Shown here: piece by piece, positions 55,885 through 64,000 of the stretch
Layout of the letters: the number at the start of each line of letters is the position of its first letter
How positions within the stretch are numbered: the stretch's first letter is position 1
Virus record (IMG/VR): IMGVR_UViG_3300030616_000820
Source of the DNA: an uncultured virus (IMG/VR IMGVR_UViG_3300030616_000820)
Taxonomy: Duplodnaviria > Heunggongvirae > Uroviricota > Caudoviricetes
Strand: one strand, 5' to 3'
DNA: 64,000 nt
Position numbers and translations under genes: made by a program
Notes under the pieces: generated by a model
The model's database searches: none
Seen by the model: only the letters and a program-made list of their open reading frames with translations
What the model was told of the DNA's origin: nothing

Positions 55885-56385
55885 ATGGAGTTGAATAATA
55901 TGAAAGTAATAAGGAGAAGAATTATGAAAAAAATAAGAGTAGAAGATAAATTAAAGCATGAGTTATTAGAAATTAGAAACAAATATGGATTTTTAAATAT
56001 GAGCAGAACAATAAAATATCTCATAAAGCTAGAAAAAGATTCTGAAATTATAAAAGGAATTGTAAAAGATGCCATAGATGAGGTTGTTAATGAACCAGTT
56101 GAAGATGCAGTAGTTGTTGAAGAACCAGAAGAAGAAATTATTGAACCAGAGAAAATTCAAACAACAATAGAACAAGTTCAACAGGACATCCAAAAATTGG
56201 CAAAGGAACCAGTTCAAGAAACTTTTCAAGAACCAGTAGAACCAATAAAAAAAGAGCCAGAAAAAATAGATACAGAAAATATTAAAAAAGTAGTTTGCCC
56301 AAAATGTGACCATAACTTTTTTGCCGATGTTTCTAGAAATGTTGTTTGCCCAAAATGTGGGTTGGTAGGTAAAAGTAGTAAATAG
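55885..56385 (+). CDS. Putative DNA-binding protein (RHH-like N-terminus, acidic linker, C-terminal Zn ribbon)
   Basis: KKIRVED...TIKYLI; CPKC...CPKC. Confidence 0.5.
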   Translation: MELNNMKVIRRRIMKKIRVEDKLKHELLEIRNKYGFLNMSRTIKYLIKLEKDSEIIKGIVKDAIDEVVNEPVEDAVVVEEPEEEIIEPEKIQTTIEQVQQDIQKLAKEPVQETFQEPVEPIKKEPEKIDTENIKKVVCPKCDHNFFADVSRNVVCPKCGLVGKSSK

Positions 56386-56394
56386 GGAGATAAA

Positions 56395-57639
56395 ATGGAA
56401 TGGGTAAATAAAATACATACAAGAAACACTTTAGAAATATTAAAACAAATGCCAGATGATTTTGTAGATATGTCTATTACATCTCCTCCATACTGGAATC
56501 TTAGGGACTACGGTGATGAAACAGAAACAATCTGGGGTGGAGATAAAGAGTGTAAACATGACTGGGATAAATATGTAAGACCAAATTTTTGTAGTAAATG
56601 TGGTGCTTGGAAAGGACAACTTGGTTTAGAACCACATCCAAACATGTTTATTAATAATCTTGTAGAAATTTTTAGAGAATTAAAAAGAGTTCTAAAGAAA
56701 ACAGGTAGTTTTTATTTAAATATTGGAGATACTTATTATGCTACCAGTGCAGTTACTAAAGATAAATGGAAACACAAAAAATCTATTGGTACACCAGAAA
56801 AGTCGAATTATGTTTATGATGAAAAATGGTTGCAACCCAAACAGTTAATGCTAATACCATCCAGATTGGCAATAGCAATGCAAGAAGATGGATGGATACT
56901 TAGGAATGATATAATATGGCATAAACCTAATCCTATGCCAACAAGTGTGAAGGACCGTTTAAACAACACATACGAACATGTATTTCATTTTGTTAAAAGT
57001 AGGAAATACTATTATAATTTAGATGCAATAAGAATTCCACATAAAACTGCTACTTTTGAGAGAGCCAAACATGCTTTTAATAAAACAGGAGCATCTATAC
57101 ATAGTGCAGTCAAAGAAACAGGACAAAAAAAATTTGCTGAAAACTTGTTAAGTGGAAAATTATCAGGTAAAAATCCAGGCGACTTTTGGTTAATTAATAC
57201 AAAACCTTGTCCAAAAGCACATTTTGCTGTATTTCCTAAAGAACTTGTAGAAGGACCAATTAAATCTAGTTGTCCTCTATATATATGCAAAAAATGTGGT
57301 AAACCAAGAGAACATATAATTGACACTGTTGGTCATAGAACGCCAGAAGAAGAAAAAAAATTAAAAGAATTAATGGCTAAAAGAGGAATACCAAGACAAT
57401 CTGCTGGTATAATGGTACCAAGTCATTCAAAAAAAATAGATAAAGGATGGACAGACTGTGGTTGTAATGCAGGATTTGAACCTGGTATAGTTTTAGACCC
57501 ATTTTGTGGAACTGGTACAACTTGTAGAATTGCCAAAAGTTTTGGACGTAGATATATAGGAATTGATATTAACCCAACGTATGTTGAAGAATTTGCAAAA
57601 GAAGAACTTGGTCATGGTTCTGTTAGGGAGTGGTTTTAA
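56395..57639 (+). CDS. DNA amino-methyltransferase (N4-C/N6-A, beta class) with Cys-rich insertions
   Basis: TSPPYW, IIWHKPN, HFAVFP, VLDPFCGTGTT. Confidence 0.93.
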   Translation: MEWVNKIHTRNTLEILKQMPDDFVDMSITSPPYWNLRDYGDETETIWGGDKECKHDWDKYVRPNFCSKCGAWKGQLGLEPHPNMFINNLVEIFRELKRVLKKTGSFYLNIGDTYYATSAVTKDKWKHKKSIGTPEKSNYVYDEKWLQPKQLMLIPSRLAIAMQEDGWILRNDIIWHKPNPMPTSVKDRLNNTYEHVFHFVKSRKYYYNLDAIRIPHKTATFERAKHAFNKTGASIHSAVKETGQKKFAENLLSGKLSGKNPGDFWLINTKPCPKAHFAVFPKELVEGPIKSSCPLYICKKCGKPREHIIDTVGHRTPEEEKKLKELMAKRGIPRQSAGIMVPSHSKKIDKGWTDCGCNAGFEPGIVLDPFCGTGTTCRIAKSFGRRYIGIDINPTYVEEFAKEELGHGSVREWF

Positions 57640-57959
57640 TGGGATGTTTTGATAGAATAATGTTAAAAGTATACGAAAGAAGATACAGAAAATTATTGTT
57701 AAAAAGATTTAAACCAAAACGAAGAATGAAAATACGACCATTAACAAACGACATTTATGCAATTAGGATGAAAGATGGAAAATATACTTATATAAAAATT
57801 CCAAATAACGACGACATATTGTTTGATTATGCAAAAGGATTACAACATGTTTGTAGACTGTCAGATAATAAAGTTAAAGTTGATGAAGATAAATTAGACC
57901 AACCAAAAAAGGATTGGTTAAATAAAAATAAAGATAAAGACCCAGAGGAACTGATATGA
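57630..57959 (+). CDS. Hypothetical basic protein
   Basis: Co-oriented ORF. Confidence 0.5.
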   Translation: MVLMGCFDRIMLKVYERRYRKLLLKRFKPKRRMKIRPLTNDIYAIRMKDGKYTYIKIPNNDDILFDYAKGLQHVCRLSDNKVKVDEDKLDQPKKDWLNKNKDKDPEELI

Positions 57960-58082
57960 AAAAATGTAACTGTAAATGTGGAGATTGTAGAACTCTTTTT
58001 ACAATAACTTTTAGAAAAAGCGTGCCACCTTGGTCATTAACTTGTCCTGTTTGTGGGTCTAAAATATTAAAAGTAGAATGGT

Positions 58083-58538
58083 GTGAAAATGAAGAGAGTT
58101 AATATACTATACAAGATGGGAGTATCATCAGATGGCAAGGCTTGGTTGCAATACCGAGAAGAATCAGGCAAAGAACATATGGATGATGGACGAATTGATA
58201 ATATCATACAAGTGGTTAATAACATCGTTGGAGATGAGTTACATAAAATTGATAAGATATATACTAGAGATATTTTAAATGGGTTAGAACGGGTTGATTT
58301 GAAGTTTAAACAGAAACAAGAGGAATGGAGGAAACATAATAAACATCTGAGAAACACCCTTTTATATTCTATTGACTGCTATAATGAATTACATCTTTTT
58401 GATGCTGTTGGTCTTTTAGAATATTATAAACAAGGGTTTGTTGTTATTTCAGAAAAATTATTATCAATGAATGCTGAAAAAATAAAAGAAAGGATGCTTA
58501 AAAATATGAATAGGGCAACAGTTAATGATTGGATATGA
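58083..58538 (+). CDS. Hypothetical protein
   Basis: Co-oriented ORF; C-terminus TVNDWI. Confidence 0.6.
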   Translation: MKMKRVNILYKMGVSSDGKAWLQYREESGKEHMDDGRIDNIIQVVNNIVGDELHKIDKIYTRDILNGLERVDLKFKQKQEEWRKHNKHLRNTLLYSIDCYNELHLFDAVGLLEYYKQGFVVISEKLLSMNAEKIKERMLKNMNRATVNDWI

Positions 58539-58701
58539 GAGTTATAGAACATAAATGGATTTGTCCTTTTTGTAATTCCAAAGGAAGGTATTGGACAACT
58601 TCAAGAAATGCTAGATTTCTAGGAAGAATACATATTAAAAGTTATCATAACAGAAAGTCAGAGCCAAAAATTAAATCTAGGAGAATAAAGTAGGAAATTA
58701 A

Positions 58702-59496
58702 ATGGAAATTAATCAAGTATATAATATGGATTGCTTGGATGGTATGAGACAAATGAGTTCTAGTATAGTAGATTTAGTTATAACAAGTCCTCCATACGAT
58801 AATCTTAGAGACTACAAAGGATATTCATTTGATTTTGAACCTATTGCAAAAGAAATATATAGAGTAACAAAAAAAGGGGGAGTTGTAGTATGGATTGTTG
58901 GAGATGCAACAGTTAATGGAAGTGAGACAGGAACATCATTTAGACAAGCCTTATTTTTCAAAGAATGTGGTTTTAATATACATGATACAATGATTTACAA
59001 AAAATATAATATTCCTGTTCCTGCACATGGTAGATATAACCAAGTTTTTGAATATATGTTTGTTTTTTCTAAAGGTAATCCAAATACTTTTAATCCAATA
59101 AAAGATAGAATTAACAAGACAAGAGGAAATATAGAAAAAACAAAGTTTAGACAAAAAGACGGTAATATTAAAAAAACTAATGTTTTAAGAAAAACAGATG
59201 CTTTTGGGATAAGAACTAATGTTTGGGAATATATGGTAGGAAGCAAACATTCTGCTGATGATAAATATGCAAAACATCATCCAGCAATCTTCCCAGAGAA
59301 ACTTGTAGAAGACCATATTAAAAGTTGGAGTAACAAAGGAGATTTAGTTCTAGACCCATTTTGTGGTTCAGGTACAACTCTTGTAGTGGCTGAAGGGTTA
59401 GAAAGAAATTTTATTGGGTTTGATATAAGTAAAGAATATGTAAATTTATCTATACAAAGATTAAAAGCTAGACCGACGCTTGGAGAATGGTTGTAA
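58702..59496 (+). CDS. DNA amino-methyltransferase (N4-C/N6-A, beta class)
   Basis: TSPPYD, HPAIFP, VLDPFCGSGTT. Confidence 0.93.
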   Translation: MEINQVYNMDCLDGMRQMSSSIVDLVITSPPYDNLRDYKGYSFDFEPIAKEIYRVTKKGGVVVWIVGDATVNGSETGTSFRQALFFKECGFNIHDTMIYKKYNIPVPAHGRYNQVFEYMFVFSKGNPNTFNPIKDRINKTRGNIEKTKFRQKDGNIKKTNVLRKTDAFGIRTNVWEYMVGSKHSADDKYAKHHPAIFPEKLVEDHIKSWSNKGDLVLDPFCGSGTTLVVAEGLERNFIGFDISKEYVNLSIQRLKARPTLGEWL

Positions 59497-59673
59497 TGGG
59501 ATATGAATTTGAAGAAAAATTAATGATTTTTGATTTAAAGTTATGATATTAGGATATAAACACAACTTTTATATATAATGTAGGCTATTACGACAAAAGT
59601 CAGATTTGTCATACAATATGGCATAAAGTCCAGTTTTTGTTTGGCAATGATGACAAAACAAGGAGGAAGGAAA

Positions 59674-60582
59674 ATGTTAGAACTTCCATATGAACCCATA
59701 AAATATGAAATAAACGCAGGAAACATTGGTAACTTCAAGTTATCAAGGTTTAAAAGGAATATACGTGAATTACACGTAAATGATATAAAAGCTAGTTTAG
59801 AAAACGGCGACCACTTTCATATGCCACTAGCAGTTTTTAAAACTGGAAATGGTGGATATGAAATATCAGCGACAACTGAATCAGAAGCAATAGACGGAAA
59901 TCATAGGTTAACTGCTATACAAAAGTGGTTATCTAAAAATCCAAAAGAAGCAATACAAGTCTTGCTTATGGTTTATAAAATAGATAAAAACGTCAACGTC
60001 AACGTAAGAAAAATTTTTCATGCGGTCAATATAGGTAGAAAGCAAAACACAGATGATTATATCCGAGCTTACAAGGATACAATCCCAATTTTTAATAAAC
60101 TAACCACTAGTAGAGTTATACCTTGCTCTATCTATGGTAATAGAGATGAAATGAAATTCTACCATGTTGTCGGTGGATATATTCGAGCAAAACAAAACGG
60201 TAATTTTAAAGGTACTTGGACTGGAACGCCGAAAGATTTTGTTGATGAAGCTAGAAAATTGACCGACGCAGATGTTGATGTAATGGAAGAATTCTGGGAA
60301 GATTTTACCAAAATGTTCTCGCTAAAAGGAGTGCAAAACATAAGAAATTTAGCTTGTTGTAAAACAACAGGATTTGCAGTTATGTTTTATATATGGATGC
60401 ACAACAAGGACAGATTAGGTCGTGATATCGTAATCCAGAAAGTCAGAGATAAGCTCGAAGGAACTTCATTTTTTGAAGAATTGGCAAGAAGCCCTGGTAT
60501 ATCTAATAGTAAAAAAGTTCTGGACGCATTTGTAAGAAGGCTGAACAAATCAAACAAAAAATACGAATTTCGCAATCAGTGA
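59674..60582 (+). CDS. ParB/sulfiredoxin-fold (DGQHR-like) protein
   Basis: FKR-N, IDGNHRLTA, F-x-x-VN motifs; start moved to ATG 59674 after AGGAGG. Confidence 0.65.
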   Translation: MLELPYEPIKYEINAGNIGNFKLSRFKRNIRELHVNDIKASLENGDHFHMPLAVFKTGNGGYEISATTESEAIDGNHRLTAIQKWLSKNPKEAIQVLLMVYKIDKNVNVNVRKIFHAVNIGRKQNTDDYIRAYKDTIPIFNKLTTSRVIPCSIYGNRDEMKFYHVVGGYIRAKQNGNFKGTWTGTPKDFVDEARKLTDADVDVMEEFWEDFTKMFSLKGVQNIRNLACCKTTGFAVMFYIWMHNKDRLGRDIVIQKVRDKLEGTSFFEELARSPGISNSKKVLDAFVRRLNKSNKKYEFRNQ

Positions 60583-60824
60583 TTAATATGCAATGTTTCA
60601 ATTGTGGCGAAGAAATAGACGAAGAAAACGATGAGGAAATCTTTTATAATGATGATGGAGACCCTTTATGCGAACAGTGTTATTGCGAAGAAATGTCAGA
60701 GGACTTTCCTATAACATTTAGTAAAAAAGTTATGTCAAAGCTAGAAGATTTCTGTACAAAACAGGGAATCAGTCGAAATGAAGCTGTAGAAAAAGCAATA
60801 AAAAAATATCTGGATTTAGAGTAA
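60579..60824 (+). CDS. Zn-finger + ribbon-helix-helix (CopG-like) regulator
   Basis: CFNC...CEQC; ITFSKKVMSKLEDFC-x-x-QGISRNEAVEKAI. Confidence 0.78.
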   Translation: MINMQCFNCGEEIDEENDEEIFYNDDGDPLCEQCYCEEMSEDFPITFSKKVMSKLEDFCTKQGISRNEAVEKAIKKYLDLE

Positions 60825-60901
60825 AATATATTCTCTAAATCTATTATTTTTGTAGAACTGTTATTATAAAAGATTTAGTTGATTATGTTTAAAATGAAAT
60901 A

Positions 60902-61303
60902 ATGTTTTATAATAAGAGGTATGAAAAAAATATGTATATAGTTAATTCCAACAACTCAGAAACTTTTAAAGAAAAAGGTTTGCACATATATAATGATTCA
61001 TTACTCAAAAATATAATGATACCTTATTCAGAAGGTAAATTAAATATTAAATCTACAATATACATACATAATATAGAAACAGATAAACAATATGAAATAA
61101 TTGACAACCCAAAGAAAAAGGCAATAATGGAAAAAACATTAGATAAAATATTTAGCATTAAATACAAAGAAAAACCAAAGGAACAATGGATTAAACCAAA
61201 AGAAAAGCCAAAAGAAGCTAAGGAAGAAATAACTGTTTATGAATATGAAGATGAAGAATGGAAACAACCAAAGAAAAAAGGAAAGATGGATAAATGGGTT
61301 TAA
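60902..61303 (+). CDS. Hypothetical protein
   Basis: Co-oriented ORF; C-terminus KMDKWV. Confidence 0.5.
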   Translation: MFYNKRYEKNMYIVNSNNSETFKEKGLHIYNDSLLKNIMIPYSEGKLNIKSTIYIHNIETDKQYEIIDNPKKKAIMEKTLDKIFSIKYKEKPKEQWIKPKEKPKEAKEEITVYEYEDEEWKQPKKKGKMDKWV

Positions 61304-62307
61304 ACAATTTTATTGCAAATGAAAACAAAATAGTTAGACAGATAGAAGATTGGTTTAACAATCAACATTCCAAACAAATAATATTAACAGGTCCACCAGG
61401 AAACGGCAAAACATATTTAATCCAATTACTTGCAGAAAAATACGATTATCATTTACAAACTATAGACCCATATGATATAACTAATAAAAATGATTTTAAT
61501 AACATCATTAAAACATTAAATCTTTTACCAATAGACTGCCAACAGAAAAAAAAACTAGTTTTAATAGAAAACTTAGATGAATTTCATAAAAACTATAGAA
61601 CAAGACTTTTTGAAATGCATACTGTTTGTAATTATCCAATAGTTTTTACAGGTCATAAAATGAATAGTTATGTTCCTGTTAAATACAGAAATAAAATAGA
61701 AATATTTAGAATTAAAAAACCTGCTAAAACAAAGATTAAATTTCTTCTAAAACAAAAAATACAGGAATTAAATATTGAAATGGATGATGAAATATTAGAT
61801 AAGATAGCTGAAAAAAGCCCATCTGTAAGGTCGGCAATTAACAGTTTATATAATTCATCACCAAATGAAATTACAAATCCATTACCTACCTTTAGAGAAC
61901 AAATTGACAATATAAAACATAACAATCTAAAGGAAGATGTTAATCTAAAACTTTTATACTGCATTTTTGGTAATGTTACAGACTACAAAACAATGTCAAT
62001 ACTTGCAGAATTTGATTTACTGTTAAATAGTAAATTTAAAAGTGAAATAGATAAATATTTTTTTAACATTATTGATTTTAAATTTAAAAAAGATTTTGTT
62101 TATCCAAATTTTATGAATCAGTATCCTAAGAGTAATAATCAATACAAAAAGTATTGTAAAGACATGCATGTATCTAGCAGAATTGTTAAAAGAGAGTTTG
62201 CCAAATTAATAGAGCTTTTAGAAACTAAAAAAGAACCAGAAAAACAAAAACCTATTAAAAATAACAAAAATAATTTAAACTCACAAAACATATTTGATTT
62301 TGTGTGA
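61294..62307 (+). CDS. RFC large subunit-like AAA+ clamp loader (short)
   Basis: LTGPPGNGKT, degenerate Walker B LIENLDE, PIVF, VRSAINSL; K-rich tail ending QNIFDFV (PIP-like). Confidence 0.75.
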   Translation: MGLNNFIANENKIVRQIEDWFNNQHSKQIILTGPPGNGKTYLIQLLAEKYDYHLQTIDPYDITNKNDFNNIIKTLNLLPIDCQQKKKLVLIENLDEFHKNYRTRLFEMHTVCNYPIVFTGHKMNSYVPVKYRNKIEIFRIKKPAKTKIKFLLKQKIQELNIEMDDEILDKIAEKSPSVRSAINSLYNSSPNEITNPLPTFREQIDNIKHNNLKEDVNLKLLYCIFGNVTDYKTMSILAEFDLLLNSKFKSEIDKYFFNIIDFKFKKDFVYPNFMNQYPKSNNQYKKYCKDMHVSSRIVKREFAKLIELLETKKEPEKQKPIKNNKNNLNSQNIFDFV

Positions 62308-62313
62308 GAAGAG

Positions 62314-62721
62314 ATGGGCAAACTTAAAGATATGTTTGGCGGTCAAATAAAAGAATACAGTAAACATAGAAAGAAAAAGAAATGGGAAAAAACAGAACCT
62401 AAGTTTATTAATTTTGATATAACATTAAAACAAATTAAAGAGAATGGATTGCTTAGATATGATTTGATGGTTACTAATTTATTAGATATTAAAGATAGAA
62501 GAAGTATTAGTACGAAAGCAGTAGAAACAAACGAAAAAGGATTAATTACAAAAATATTATGTCCTTTTTGTGGTAAAGAATTGAAATTAAATAGGCATTG
62601 GCATGCATACTTTTGTACAAACAAAGAAAAAAAAATATTGGAAATTACAGATATAAGATATGATAAACCAAAAGAAATAAAGGAAATTAAGGAGGATGAA
62701 ATGTATAGCTTACAACTATAG
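62314..62721 (+). CDS. Hypothetical protein with Zn ribbon
   Basis: CPFC...FC. Confidence 0.5.
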   Translation: MGKLKDMFGGQIKEYSKHRKKKKWEKTEPKFINFDITLKQIKENGLLRYDLMVTNLLDIKDRRSISTKAVETNEKGLITKILCPFCGKELKLNRHWHAYFCTNKEKKILEITDIRYDKPKEIKEIKEDEMYSLQL

Positions 62722-62984
62722 ACAATCTCAGCATCAAGTAAATCCGTCCTTCTAGTTATAGTTTAAACCTTTGGTATTAAACTTCCTCAAAAATTAACGA
62801 ATTAGGTGGTCTTGAGTTAGTTGGGATTGGTAGCTATTGTAAATATATACATTTCAATTTTCCATTTCTCCAACTAGGTGTAAAAATGGATTACTTCTGT
62901 TAAAATTCCATTTTTCCATTTTTCCACTATATACCCCTAGTTTTTATATAATAATATAGTATATAGTATAGTGGTGTAGGAACA
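62722..62984. other. Non-coding region, candidate replication origin or control region
   Basis: TTCCATTT repeats at 62860, 62906, 62914 (partial at 62922), inverted copy near 62882, 9-bp IR 62926-62934/62959-62967. Confidence 0.3.
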
Positions 62985-64000
62985 ATGAAGGAGAACCCTT
63001 ATGGTAATATAGAGATAGTAAGAAGAGACTTTATAGAAAAATTAACACAAGAACTAAGATTTTTATTTAAAGGTGTATCACCGACTTGGGCAGAAACTTG
63101 TGCAAGAACAACATTAGGAACCATATTAGATAAAGTTAAAATTGCATATGCAGGTAAACCTTTATCTGTAAATCAGTTTAACCTTTGTATTGGCCCACCA
63201 GGTGTAATAAAAACATTACCTTTAGAGTTTTGTAGGGAAATTATAAGTAGAGTAGACCAGAAAACAAAATATGATTATCTTTTGCCATCTAAATTTACAT
63301 CTCCTTCTATGATACAACATTTATCTGAACTTAGAAAAGACAGTCCTAAATGGCCCAAAAAATACAAACATAATCATGGAACTATTTTTAGGGATGAATT
63401 TACAGCACTTTTTAAACAGGCAAGAGAAGTAGAATATATGTCAGATATGTTAGAATTTTTATCTGAACTATATGATGGGTCTGTCCAAAAGAAACGAACT
63501 GTTGAAAGAGGAGTAGAAGAGGCACCAGTTGTAAATGTTAATTTACTTAGTGCGACAACCTATGACTTTTTATCCAAAGTTGATGATGACTTTTTTACTC
63601 AAGGAACAGGAACTAGATTTTTGTATACAGTAATTGATTTTGATGATATTGAAATTAAAAAGTTTGAAAGGAAACACTTCTTAGGTAAAGTAATAGAAGA
63701 AAGAGACCAGCTAATTAATACCTATGCAGATTGGCTTGCACAATTAAGTAAAGCAAAGGAATTAACTACTTTATTTTTAGAACATAAAGCATATATGAAA
63801 TGGAATGATTATTATGTTAATAACAGGAAGAAATGGATGTCTTTGGGTAAAAAAGACCCTATGGGATGGGAGTATCCTTATTTGGTAAGAATGCCAGAAT
63901 ATGTTTTAAAACTTGCAGGTATTTATTCAGTTAGTAAAAATATAGATAAAATAATAAGAGCACATGATAAGAAGAAAGAAAAATATCTAAAAGATTTTTC
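62985..64000 (+). CDS. DUF3987-like P-loop ATPase/helicase, truncated by window end
   Basis: Hand translation is open to the end: IGPPGVIKT, IFRDEF, LSELYDG, LLSATT, GTGTRFL, RMPEYVLKLA; absent from ORF track because it has no stop in the window. Confidence 0.7.
   Translation, partial: MKENPYGNIEIVRRDFIEKLTQELRFLFKGVSPTWAETCARTTLGTILDKVKIAYAGKPLSVNQFNLCIGPPGVIKTLPLEFCREIISRVDQKTKYDYLLPSKFTSPSMIQHLSELRKDSPKWPKKYKHNHGTIFRDEFTALFKQAREVEYMSDMLEFLSELYDGSVQKKRTVERGVEEAPVVNVNLLSATTYDFLSKVDDDFFTQGTGTRFLYTVIDFDDIEIKKFERKHFLGKVIEERDQLINTYADWLAQLSKAKELTTLFLEHKAYMKWNDYYVNNRKKWMSLGKKDPMGWEYPYLVRMPEYVLKLAGIYSVSKNIDKIIRAHDKKKEKYLKDF

Noticed and set aside
875..62624. Numerous minus-strand ORFs of 60-130 aa in the ORF track
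   Set aside because: All overlap well-supported + strand genes, are F/L/I/S-rich mirror translations of A-rich coding DNA and show no motifs
1..64000. Alternative genetic code, or Borg-type perfect tandem repeat arrays
   Set aside because: Long genes are intact under the standard code and TAA, TAG and TGA all act as stops; no long perfect tandem repeat arrays were seen

Overview
Very AT-rich, gene-dense window with essentially all real genes on the + strand, frequent overlapping start/stop codons, GGAGG/GGTG Shine-Dalgarno motifs and archaeal BRE/TATA promoters. No ribosomal, rRNA, tRNA or core housekeeping genes are present. It reads as part of a large archaeal virus or other extrachromosomal element; the host is possibly Thermoplasmatota-like (inference), and no capsid or terminase gene is visible here. 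Layout: (1) 1-9.6 kb, an accessory region of small genes joined by two different repeated junction motifs, plus two adenine DNA methyltransferases, a 5'-3' exonuclease, a structured intergenic element, a RelE-type toxin/antitoxin pair and an SF2 helicase; (2) 9.7-15.2 kb, a replication/recombination module (putative SSB, P-loop ATPase, PCNA-like clamp, PriS-PriL fusion primase, ERCC4 nuclease) with an archaeal pilin; (3) 15.6-50.7 kb, a ~35 kb protein-glycosylation island with AglB/STT3, a flippase, three NeuB, three NeuA, NeuC, a Maf-like and two sialyltransferase-like proteins, many tailoring enzymes, a Cys-less QueF homologue, an APS reductase, a glucuronyl C5-epimerase and a prepilin peptidase; (4) 51-64 kb, a minimal tyrosine recombinase, an RFC small subunit broken by an apparently naturally split HNH-bearing intein, a Cas4-like nuclease, two more DNA methyltransferases, a ParB/DGQHR-like gene, an RFC large subunit and a truncated DUF3987-like ATPase preceded by a candidate origin. 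The most notable observations are the self-contained N-glycosylation/pilin system, the split intein, the small-gene cassette arrays and a shared PIP-like C-terminal tail on the methyltransferases and other proteins. All family assignments come from motif recognition by eye; no searches were run.
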